Part shown: positions 48,270-56,761 of the stretch, piece after piece
How positions within the stretch are numbered: position 1 is the stretch's first letter
Layout: every line of letters starts with the position of its first letter
NCBI GenBank assembly: GCA_965261125.1
Contig: CBDHCS010000001.1
Span: 85,405-149,404, forward strand
DNA: 64,000 nt
Reading direction: 5' to 3'
Source: Candidatus Poribacteria bacterium
GTDB lineage: Bacteria; Poribacteria; WGA-4E; WGA-3G
Notes under the pieces: generated by a model
What the model saw: only the letters and a program-made list of their open reading frames with translations
Told to the model about the DNA's origin: nothing
Database searches by the model: none
Position numbers and translations under genes: made by a program

Positions 48270-49043
48270 TTAACTCGTTTGTGTATTTCGTCCACGAAAC
48301 CACAGGAATAGCACGATGAGGACGATTGAATTGATCAATAACATCGTTGAAATGGCATTAAGCTCTGGCGTAAGACCAAACTTTAGGCTTGAATAGATAT
48401 GGACTGACAGCGTTGTAGATCCAACGCCTGCGGTAAAAAAAGTGATCACAAAGTCGTCTATTGAGAGTGTAAAGGCGAGCAGTGCGCCGCCGATGATACC
48501 GGGGGCGATAAGCGGGAACGTAATCCACCAAAATGTTTGCCACCGATTTGCACCAAGATCAAGTGCTGCTTCCTCTATTGTGTCATCATACCCTTGTAAA
48601 CGCGCGCGGACAACAATGGTAACATAAGCTATATTGAAAACTACGTGCGCTAAAATCACTGACGTTAATCCGCGCGGAAAATTGACCTGCACATAAAATG
48701 TCAACAATGCAATCGCCAAAACGATATCTGGAATAATGAGGGGTAGATAGAGCACACGAGTCAAGGTAGTACGGATCCCAAATCGATATTTTTCTATTGC
48801 AAGTGCTGCTGCTGTTCCGATGATAGTTGATATGAAAGTTGCAACACCAGCGATTATCAAGCTATTTTTGCATGCACGCCAGACATCAGGATTCTTAAAC
48901 ATTTTCGCGTACCAGTCGAGCGAGAACCCCTCCCAAACTGAAATCTGATCGCCACTGTTGAATGAGAACACAACAACGACCAAGATCGGGACATAGAAAA
49001 AAAGAAAAACTAAGAGGATATTGATTTTAAAAAGTCGTTTCAT
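48270..49043 (-). CDS. potC: Polyamine ABC permease, PotC-like
   Basis: FSFNSG..W.GFSLDWY, EEAALDLGA, LAFTLSIDDF. Confidence 0.85.
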   Translation of the reverse strand: MKRLFKINILLVFLFFYVPILVVVVFSFNSGDQISVWEGFSLDWYAKMFKNPDVWRACKNSLIIAGVATFISTIIGTAAALAIEKYRFGIRTTLTRVLYLPLIIPDIVLAIALLTFYVQVNFPRGLTSVILAHVVFNIAYVTIVVRARLQGYDDTIEEAALDLGANRWQTFWWITFPLIAPGIIGGALLAFTLSIDDFVITFFTAGVGSTTLSVHIYSSLKFGLTPELNAISTMLLINSIVLIVLFLWFRGRNTQTS

Positions 49044-49063
49044 TGAAAATATTGTAACCTTTA

Positions 49064-49912
49064 CTAAGTTTCTGCAGATTCACTGCCTTGCAAAGCACGA
49101 AAATATAGAATAGTCCCTATAAGCACTATCGCCATGAGCATGAATGAAAGAGCAGATCCAAATGGATAATCTCGCGCGCTTTTAAATTGGCGTTCAATCA
49201 CGTTTCCGATAAAACTCACCTTTCCGCCGCCAAGGATGTCAGGTGTTAGAAATGCACCGACTGTCGGGATAAAAACCAACATTGACCCGGCAAGGATACC
49301 GGGCAGGCTAAGTGGTAAGGTTATGTGCCAAAAAGCATGACGAGGGGACGCTCCCAAATCCTTCGCCGCATCTATTAGAGACAAATCCAGCTGTTCTAAT
49401 GCAGCGTATAATGGAAGAATCATGAACGGCAAATAACCGTAAACCAGACCGATCTGCACTGCCAAGGGTGTATTGAGGAGTTCTAAGGGTTGAAATCCTG
49501 GAATTAGAAGTGCAAGGAAGCTGTTCAGAAGTCCTTCTGTGCGTAAAATCAGTATCCACGCGTAAGTGCGTATCAAGAAGTTTATCCAAAACGGGACTAT
49601 TACAAGTAATAACAACACATTTCGCCATTTGGGTTGGTAGCACGCCAGATAATAGGCAAACGGATACCCGACAATGAGACAAATCGCTGTGCAGACGAGT
49701 GCGGTTGATACGGAACGCCAAAGTATGCCGAGATAGAGTCTATCAAACAGGCGCTGATAGTTTTCCAGTGTGACGTTCCATTCTATTCCGCCGGAAGTGC
49801 CGCGCTCCGCAAAACTATAGGTAAGGACAGAGATGAGAGGAACGAAAAAGAAACAAAATAGCCAGAGGATAACGGGGGAGAGTAGGATTAAGAGACGGTA
49901 GTTACGACGCAT
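49064..49912 (-). CDS. potB: Polyamine ABC permease, PotB-like
   Basis: PFWINFLIRTYAW, YLPFMILPLY, AAKDLGA, PFGSALS. Confidence 0.85.
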   Translation of the reverse strand: MRRNYRLLILLSPVILWLFCFFFVPLISVLTYSFAERGTSGGIEWNVTLENYQRLFDRLYLGILWRSVSTALVCTAICLIVGYPFAYYLACYQPKWRNVLLLLVIVPFWINFLIRTYAWILILRTEGLLNSFLALLIPGFQPLELLNTPLAVQIGLVYGYLPFMILPLYAALEQLDLSLIDAAKDLGASPRHAFWHITLPLSLPGILAGSMLVFIPTVGAFLTPDILGGGKVSFIGNVIERQFKSARDYPFGSALSFMLMAIVLIGTILYFRALQGSESAET

Positions 49913-50004
49913 TTTCTGTTTCAAAAACTGGGATATTATTTGTATATTTCAACGATCCGTGTTTTCAAGAAAATTCATGTTGTCAATTTTGCTTTAATAG
50001 GTTT

Positions 50005-50541
50005 TTAAGTACGTCTTTGCTCACGTCTTTCATACAAATGGCGGATATTTTCCTCACATAAAAATTCAATGATCAAACCGTTCTCAATGAAAACCTCGAG
50101 TGATCCATACCATTGGCTATCCACAGATTGTAAGCGAGTTGCTTTTTGATGATGTTCATTCTCGTAGACAACTGCAACAGTAATAAATTTTTTGTCGTCA
50201 GAGTCAAATTCAGAGAATGCATTGGGTAACTCTTCAAAGCCGATTTCGTCTTCGGATGGAGTAATGTGGACCTGGACACACTTCTCCGGGTTCTCGTAAT
50301 TGCGGATAAACCACTCTAAAAAGTGTCCACCGTTGCGCACGTTCGTTGTTAAATCCTCATCTTCCAGGTAGTTTATATACTCACCGAGAATTATCCAATT
50401 ATCGTCTATAACAACCCTTTCGGATCCTTCAATAATTTCATCTAACCGCTCCTGACATGCTACTACACACTCTTGCCATGCCTGTTCAGACATACCTTTT
50501 GCAGCGAGGATAACGTTCGTATCTACTACAACAGCGTCCAT
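50005..50541 (-). CDS. PIN-like protein coupled to the AAA ATPase
   Basis: VVVDTNVI, D.DDKKF; start overlaps the ATPase stop. Confidence 0.65.
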   Translation of the reverse strand: MDAVVVDTNVILAAKGMSEQAWQECVVACQERLDEIIEGSERVVIDDNWIILGEYINYLEDEDLTTNVRNGGHFLEWFIRNYENPEKCVQVHITPSEDEIGFEELPNAFSEFDSDDKKFITVAVVYENEHHQKATRLQSVDSQWYGSLEVFIENGLIIEFLCEENIRHLYERREQRRT

Positions 50542-51851
50542 TAACCCCCCACTTTCTGCTTGCGTTTAATCTGTTCACGGGTCATTTTAGTCAGATCACC
50601 TCTCACATTGCCAAAAAAGTTTTTCGGCCAGTTTTTGATGTTACCGAGGTCATCTAACTCCAGGGGTTTGATTTCAGAAGTTCCGTTTTCATTCTCACAA
50701 AAATAGAGGGCAGTCTGATTAGCACTGATCTTCTCTTCTGCAATCCGCAATTGTAAGCGAGTTAGGAAGTGTTCGCTATGGCTTTCTACCAAAATCTGAA
50801 GTTTTCGCTCAGTGATAACCTCTATTAAGAGATCTGCGATGTCAGCTTGCGCTTTGGGATGAAGGTGAGTTCCAGGCTCTTCAAGAATCAGCGTAGATCC
50901 GATCGGGACATAATAACTCAGAACCAGAACCGGAAGAAATTGAGCAACTCCATAACCTATGTCTGCCAATGTTACTTTAATACTTTTTGGACTCCTTTGG
51001 ATTCGGAATTCATAGTTTTTGTTATCCCGTGGACCGGTCCGTGCAAATTCAAAGGCGTACGCTAATTCCATTTTTTGTAACCACGCTGAAATCCGTTCCT
51101 CAATTGGGACATTTTTTCCTTTATAAGGGGTTGTTCGCTGATCTATACGAGCGGAGAGAAGAGCATCAATTGTCTGACCACCCCACTGTCCGGGAGTTTC
51201 AGGAAAATCACCCTCCCAATGATAGTAGCGTTGTGGATGTTTGCGGGTTGGCCCCAGATAAAAAACATGTGAAAAAATCTCCTCAAATTTAGACGAAAGC
51301 AAGTAAAATGATTCGTTTGAACCTGGAAATGCCTGTGTTGATTCTTCTATACTATAGCAGTTTTTATAAGTGCCTGTGAAGAGACGTTTGCCACAATAGG
51401 AAATTTCGTTACCTTCTAACTTAATTTTGTTAATCCCCTTTCCTCCGATATCGTAACAAATACGATTGACATCTTGCGAATTACCATATTTTTTGATAGT
51501 AGTCTCAAAATTGAAAGAATCAAATGTAACTTCATCTGGCTCCAGCCTATATTGAGTAATTCTGATTGTCATTAATTCTGGGAATTTACACCCAAACTCT
51601 AACTCAAGTTCTTCATCCTCTTGATGCCTATGAATAACTTCATGGAAATAACCAAGATTGACAAGAGAATTCTCATCACCGAAAAATAGAATTTCCTCGG
51701 TTCCAACAGTCTGCTTAAGCAATAGCAGCACCTGCAACAGGCTACTCTTCCCAGAACTATTTGTCCCGAAAAAACCCGTCAACGGCGCAAGTTTCACCTC
51801 ACCGCTATCCTTCCACGCCTTGAAGTTTTTCATGCGTATATGTGTAATCAT
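50541..51851 (-). CDS. AAA/ABC-type ATPase with DUF3696-like C-terminus
   Basis: GTNSSGKSS, DIGYGVAQFLP, EEPGTHLHP, ESHSEH, NWPKNFF. Confidence 0.9.
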   Translation of the reverse strand: MITHIRMKNFKAWKDSGEVKLAPLTGFFGTNSSGKSSLLQVLLLLKQTVGTEEILFFGDENSLVNLGYFHEVIHRHQEDEELELEFGCKFPELMTIRITQYRLEPDEVTFDSFNFETTIKKYGNSQDVNRICYDIGGKGINKIKLEGNEISYCGKRLFTGTYKNCYSIEESTQAFPGSNESFYLLSSKFEEIFSHVFYLGPTRKHPQRYYHWEGDFPETPGQWGGQTIDALLSARIDQRTTPYKGKNVPIEERISAWLQKMELAYAFEFARTGPRDNKNYEFRIQRSPKSIKVTLADIGYGVAQFLPVLVLSYYVPIGSTLILEEPGTHLHPKAQADIADLLIEVITERKLQILVESHSEHFLTRLQLRIAEEKISANQTALYFCENENGTSEIKPLELDDLGNIKNWPKNFFGNVRGDLTKMTREQIKRKQKVGG

Positions 51852-52099
51852 TTTCTCTGTTTCCGTGTTGACATATTATGTTTAGAGTTGGTCTTCAATC
51901 CATTCATCATCGTGGGTGGGATTATAGATGAGTCCTTTTTTATTTTAATGTCAAGACAGAGATCCAGGTATTCTAAGACCATGTGTCCGACAAGGACAGG
52001 TAGCTCGGCCGGTAGATCCGCCACCTCTATCGTCCCATCCCGTTTTGCTTGTTCTTTGAGAATGTCTGCCATTGACTTTGCCATGGTTTCTACCTCCAT
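51848..52099 (-). pseudogene. Duplicated, degenerate Rpn C-terminal cassette
   Basis: Starts with CACGATATGGAGGTAGAAA as inside rpn; encodes MEVETMAKSMADILKEQ. Confidence 0.5.
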
Positions 52100-52129
52100 A
52101 TCGTGTCCATGTTGTTCACTCTGCTGGTT

Positions 52130-53164
52130 TTATTCATCAAAATCATCAAGTGTATCGATGGTTGCGGCTTTCTCAAAGAGTGAATTAAGGCGTGAGAGGT
52201 TCTGTATGCCGTTAATTTTCTTGGTAATGGATTCGGGGACATTATCAAACTTTATTTGCAGCAGTTTGATAATGTCTTCCCGTTTTGCTTCTTCTATACC
52301 TTCTTCTCTGCCTTCTTCTTTGGTAATTTCAATGATAGATTGTGCCATTTTTTCTACCTCCATATCGTGTGTTCGCTGATCAATGAGTGTAATCAAATTT
52401 TTGTGTTCATCAGGAGGGCGGCGATGTAGGATGAACAAGATGAGATAGATCATCGCTTTACGCCGCTGCGGTGCGTATTCCTCACCCAGTGTGTCAAAGT
52501 ATGAAAACGTCTTAAGCATCGCATCAATTAGCGTTTCCTCGTCCGCATTTTCCTGTTGAAGAACGGTTAGCAACCACCCCAAGAGTGGATGTTCTGTTTT
52601 TGTTAGGTCCGCTACATCGGTTTCATTTACACTTAGAAATAACGTATCAAATTTTGGAACAAACCGCGCGAGCACATCCGGCATATCCATTATTGCATCA
52701 AGTGTTAGTGGGTTATTCCATCGCTGCTCACCGGTGTAATATACAATCGGCAGAATCGGTCGAAAACGCCACTGACTTTTAGGCACTTTATTAGATTCCC
52801 ATTCTCTACGTTGGAAATCCCAAATCTGCATCATGTAAAACAACACCCGAAACCCCATTATCGGGTCAACCGTGGATTGATGCTCAATGAGGATATAAAT
52901 TAGCAGCTCATCTGTTCCCGATTCCGTCTGAAACGGCGCGGTAAACACCATATCAGACTCCTGTTCGCGCAGCGTGTCAGGGATAAAACTCCTGTTAATC
53001 TGCGATAGGCGGCTAAAGTCAATACACGCCGCCAGTTCACTTGCAAGGATTTCCACCAGGTCCCGGACGTACTCTTTGTCTTCAAACAACCAGCGTGTAC
53101 TTCGGTCAGGAAAGGGTTCAATTGGGATGTCGGAAAAATTGAGTATTTCCGGTTCTTTTGCCAT
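52130..53164 (-). CDS. Rpn family (transposase_31, PD-(D/E)XK) nuclease
   Basis: ESDMVF, YILIEHQS, PILPIVYYTGE..W, EEGREEG tail. Confidence 0.9.
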   Translation of the reverse strand: MAKEPEILNFSDIPIEPFPDRSTRWLFEDKEYVRDLVEILASELAACIDFSRLSQINRSFIPDTLREQESDMVFTAPFQTESGTDELLIYILIEHQSTVDPIMGFRVLFYMMQIWDFQRREWESNKVPKSQWRFRPILPIVYYTGEQRWNNPLTLDAIMDMPDVLARFVPKFDTLFLSVNETDVADLTKTEHPLLGWLLTVLQQENADEETLIDAMLKTFSYFDTLGEEYAPQRRKAMIYLILFILHRRPPDEHKNLITLIDQRTHDMEVEKMAQSIIEITKEEGREEGIEEAKREDIIKLLQIKFDNVPESITKKINGIQNLSRLNSLFEKAATIDTLDDFDE

Positions 53165-53279
53165 AGTCTTTATTACATCAATGCATCTTGCACAGCCTTA
53201 GGGAGGTCAACATCAATTGGATAATCAGGACGTAACCTCAATGTTGAATGCACTTGCGGCATCCAGTGTCTACAAGATT

Positions 53280-54467
53280 CTAATCAGCAGCAGGGGCGAA
53301 GGTTTCAGGGTTCTCCGCGGCTGCATCGTAATCGTCAATCAGTTTTGTAATAACAGGATTATCACTGCAAAGTGGGCAGTTTTCATCTCGATTGACTTTC
53401 ATTTCGCGATAGGTCATACCGAGTGCTTCATAAAGGATAAGCCTGCCAATAAGCGGTTCACCAATACCGATAATATATTTAATCGCTTCTGTTGCCATCA
53501 TCACACCAATAACGCCTGGGAGCACGCCCAGGACACCAGCTTCACTTCAGCTCGGCACTAAGCCGGGCGGTGGTGGTGTGGGGTACATGCATCGGTAGCA
53601 CGGGCCCTCATTCGGTTTGAAAAGTGTGACCTGTCCCTCAAACTGAAAAATACTGCCGTGAACAATCGGTTTATTCATAAGCACTGCAGCGTCGTTGACG
53701 AGGAAACGGGTGGCGAAGTTATCACATCCATCCACAATCAGGTCGTATTCCGAGAAGATCTCTTCAACGTTGTCAGCGGTAAGACGGAGATTATAAGGTG
53801 TAATCTCAACATCCGGATTAAGTGATTTTATAGTTGTAGTCGCGGATTGAACTTTCGGTGTACCAACTGCCTCTGTGCGGTGTAGGATCTGACGTTGTAG
53901 ATTGCTTAATTCCACAACATCTGAATCTATGACACCCATGTGCCCAATGCCAGCAGCGCCCAGATAAACGCCAGCAGGTGAACCTAACCCACCTGCACCG
54001 ACAAGTAAGACCTTTGCATCAAGCAGCTTCGCTTGTCCGCGTTCGCCAACTTCAGTCAGCATAAAGTGACGGCTATACCGGTCAAGCTGCTCATGCGACA
54101 TCTCTTTATCTTGTGCAGTTGGAAAACCTGCGGCACTCCAATCCCGGTATCCACCAGCCATGGACACGGTATCTGTATATCCCATTTCACGGAGTGATTT
54201 TGCAGCAAGTAGCGAACGGAGTCCTGCGGCGCAGTAAACAACTACTTTTTGGTCACGGTCAGGGAGGTAGTTTTCAACAGAAAACTCCAGCATTCCGCGT
54301 GTGACGTGCACAGCATCGGGAATATAACCAGCGCGATATTCATCTTCATCGCGAACATCCAGAAGTACAAAGTCGCTGCCGTTTTCTTGATCTGCTTTCA
54401 CGTCAGCGATAGTCACTTCTGGAATTTCTGTTTTTGCCTCCTCTACGATTTGCCTATAGGATTTCAT
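53280..54467 (-). CDS. moeB: Rhodanese-MoeB fusion selenoprotein (UGA at 53547-53549)
   Basis: Rhodanese (LDVR, YCAAGLRS), MoeB GAGGLG, SNLQRQ, DGCDN, PCYRC, then [14 protein letters not shown] in frame to CPLC. Homologs typically read PSCAEAGVLG. Confidence 0.88.
53515..53532 (-). promoter_or_regulatory. Candidate SECIS hairpin
   Basis: CCTGGG-CGTGCT-CCCAGG; loop starts at +21 after the UGA. Confidence 0.75.
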
Positions 54468-54649
54468 ATTTTGTTCTCCAAAGTTATGTTCCTGTTTTGT
54501 TAAGACTGATTTTATACAAATTTCACGTGGAAACCAGACTACTATGAAACTATCTCACATTTCTATTTTTGCGACGAGTGTCCAGAAAATGTCATGAATC
54601 CATCTCTAATTCCACAATGATTATACCACAAAAGTATGATGTTGTCAAT

Positions 54650-55010
54650 TGTCAGGGTTATTTAGTTTTCGGTTTTTTGAGCAGATTTTATCACAGACGT
54701 TAATATATCAATGGACTTATTGTCTGTCCTAAATCACTTATTGTCTGAACCAGGATTTTCAAGATTATCGGATTATCAAGATGGGTTTTTTGTGGATTTA
54801 GTGTCTCTGGACATGTTTGTCGTCTGCGTTTGGATGCAGAATAGCGGTTGATGGGTAACACTGAAAAATCCCGGAACTCCTATTATCTTGAAAATCCTGG
54901 TTCAGACAATAACAATGATGCAACGAAAACTAATGTCCATTCTGATTCAAAACATAAGCTCACAGTTAACCTGATAAAATGAGAATTCTTAAAACTAAAT
55001 AACCCTGGCT
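54650..55010. mobile_element. Nested MITE-like element
   Basis: Outer IR TGTCAGGGTTATTTAGTTTT/AAAACTAAATAACCCTGGCA; inner perfect 28-bp IR at 54738-54765 and 54885-54912. Confidence 0.65.
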
Positions 55011-55025
55011 AATAACCAAAAAAAG

Positions 55026-55054
55026 TTGACATCTGCCCTCAGGTATGATATACT
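55026..55054 (+). promoter_or_regulatory. Sigma70 promoter of rpsU
   Basis: TTGACA-17 nt-TATACT with TG extension. Confidence 0.75.
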
Positions 55055-55088
55055 ACTATAATAATTTTACCGAAGGAGGTTTGTAAAC

Positions 55089-55310
55089 ATGGTTCAAGTT
55101 GAAGTTACGGTCGATTCAGGCGAATCCTTTGATAGGGCACTTGCTCGTTTTAAAAAAATGTGTGGTAAAGCGGGTGTTGTCACTGAAATCAAAAAACGAA
55201 GTTTTTATGAAAAACCGAGTGAAAAGCGTCGTCGAATTGAACTGAAACGGCAGCGGAAAGTAAAGCCGCGCACGATGGAATATCGTCCACGCTATGATAA
55301 CAGCAGATAG
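55089..55310 (+). CDS. rpsU: 30S ribosomal protein bS21
   Basis: ESFDRALARFKK..G...EIKKRSFYEKPSEKRR; SD AAGGAGG. Confidence 0.95.
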   Translation: MVQVEVTVDSGESFDRALARFKKMCGKAGVVTEIKKRSFYEKPSEKRRRIELKRQRKVKPRTMEYRPRYDNSR

Positions 55311-55331
55311 AGCGGCTTCGGGAGGTAGTGT

Positions 55332-55871
55332 ATGCCCGTTTGGGATGTTGATGTTACAAAGACTGATGGAAACTATAAAGGACTTTTAATTGAATATTGC
55401 CAAGAACGCGGATTAAGCCAACCTCGCTTTACCGAAACACAACACGGCACACCGGACGCACCAAGTTGGAAAGTTACAGTCCATTACGGTGACCGGATCC
55501 ACGAAATGACTGATCCGATACCGGGAGCAAAAAAAGAGGCTCACCAATTCGCCGCGAAACAGGTGCTTGACATAATCTCTGCAAACCGTGAACGCTTGTT
55601 AACAGATAAAGTGGATACACAAGATAATATAGGGCAAGGATCGGTTGAGGTGCCAGCAATGAGTGAACCGCTTGAGGTTGCATTGCCGCTGATTACAAGC
55701 TCGATGGCGATTGCAAATGGGAGGCTCGGGACATCGCAACCCTCCCGGTACCGTGGCATTTCGGATGCTGAATTTTCTCGGAAATTAGCGCAGTTGACGA
55801 TGCAGATTGTTAGAGATTTGGCTAAGGCGGCGGATGACGCAAATATAAAGTTTCCTGATGTAGATATATAA
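55332..55871 (+). CDS. Stand-alone dsRNA-binding-motif protein
   Basis: NYKGLLIEYCQ..G...P.F....G.PDAP.WKVTV...KKEAHQFAAKQVL; no RNase III catalytic domain. Confidence 0.75.
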   Translation: MPVWDVDVTKTDGNYKGLLIEYCQERGLSQPRFTETQHGTPDAPSWKVTVHYGDRIHEMTDPIPGAKKEAHQFAAKQVLDIISANRERLLTDKVDTQDNIGQGSVEVPAMSEPLEVALPLITSSMAIANGRLGTSQPSRYRGISDAEFSRKLAQLTMQIVRDLAKAADDANIKFPDVDI

Positions 55872-55882
55872 ATCGATTATGG

Positions 55883-55915
55883 CGGGGTCAGAGAGAGTTC
55901 TGACCCCGTTTTTTT
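55883..55915 (+). terminator. Intrinsic terminator
   Basis: CGGGGTCAGA-GAGAGT-TCTGACCCCG followed by a T run. Confidence 0.9.
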
Positions 55916-55997
55916 GGTCGTAGGTTTCCCAGTTTCCTTTCGCTGCAAGGGTTTGGCAGGGCACAGGGATCCCACACTACAGATAAGATGTGGTAAT

Positions 55998-56681
55998 ATG
56001 ATTGAACGGATCAAGCGTCGATTCCGGCAAAATAGATTGTTAGCACCTCTGATGGGGTGCCCCTATTCTGCGCCGCGTTGGAATCGAGCTGTTAAGCGGG
56101 TGATTCGAGAACTGGGGACTGAAGCACGAATTTTAGACCTGGGTTCAGGCACACATCGGCGTGCATCGAATGTCATAAATCTTGAAATTGAGGCAACGCC
56201 TACGGTGGATATTGTAGCAGATGGACACTCGTTGCCGTTTGCGGATGGGGTTTTTGATGCGGTTATTTCTGAAGCAGTGCTGGAGCACGTCTACGATCCG
56301 CAGCGTGTTGTGGCAGAAATGTTCCGTGTACTGAAACCGGATGGATATGTGTGCGCAGCAGTGCCGTTCTTACAGGGTTACCATGCATCGCCTCACGATT
56401 ATCAACGCTGGACGACTACAGGGTTCGTGGCGCTGTTTTCTCAGTTTCGCGAGGTTGAAAGTGGGGCATGTGCGGGACCAACAACTGCACTCCATTGGGT
56501 TTTTCGTGAATATGTTGGACTTGTGTGTTCTTTTGGGAGTTTGTTAGTTGCGAAGGCAATATCACTTCTGATAGGGTGGTTGACATTTCCGTTGGTGTGG
56601 TTGGATATGCTGTTGTTATTACACCCGCATTCACATATTTTGGCATCTGCGGTGTATTTTGTTGGGCGGAAAGGAACTTGA
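55998..56681 (+). CDS. Class I SAM-dependent methyltransferase
   Basis: ILDLGSG, LPFADGVFD, VLEHV, RVLKPDG, PHDYQRW. Confidence 0.9.
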   Translation: MIERIKRRFRQNRLLAPLMGCPYSAPRWNRAVKRVIRELGTEARILDLGSGTHRRASNVINLEIEATPTVDIVADGHSLPFADGVFDAVISEAVLEHVYDPQRVVAEMFRVLKPDGYVCAAVPFLQGYHASPHDYQRWTTTGFVALFSQFREVESGACAGPTTALHWVFREYVGLVCSFGSLLVAKAISLLIGWLTFPLVWLDMLLLLHPHSHILASAVYFVGRKGT

Positions 56682-56716
56682 CACTTACTGTAGGCGCATT
56701 TTGTAAACAATCTCAT

Positions 56717-56745
56717 GGTAGGCGCGTTTCCAAAACGCGCCTACC
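56717..56745. repeat. GTAG REP palindrome between convergent genes
   Basis: GGTAGGCGCGTTT-CCA-AAACGCGCCTACC. Confidence 0.7.
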
Positions 56746-56761
56746 AAAAGGTTACTTTTCC

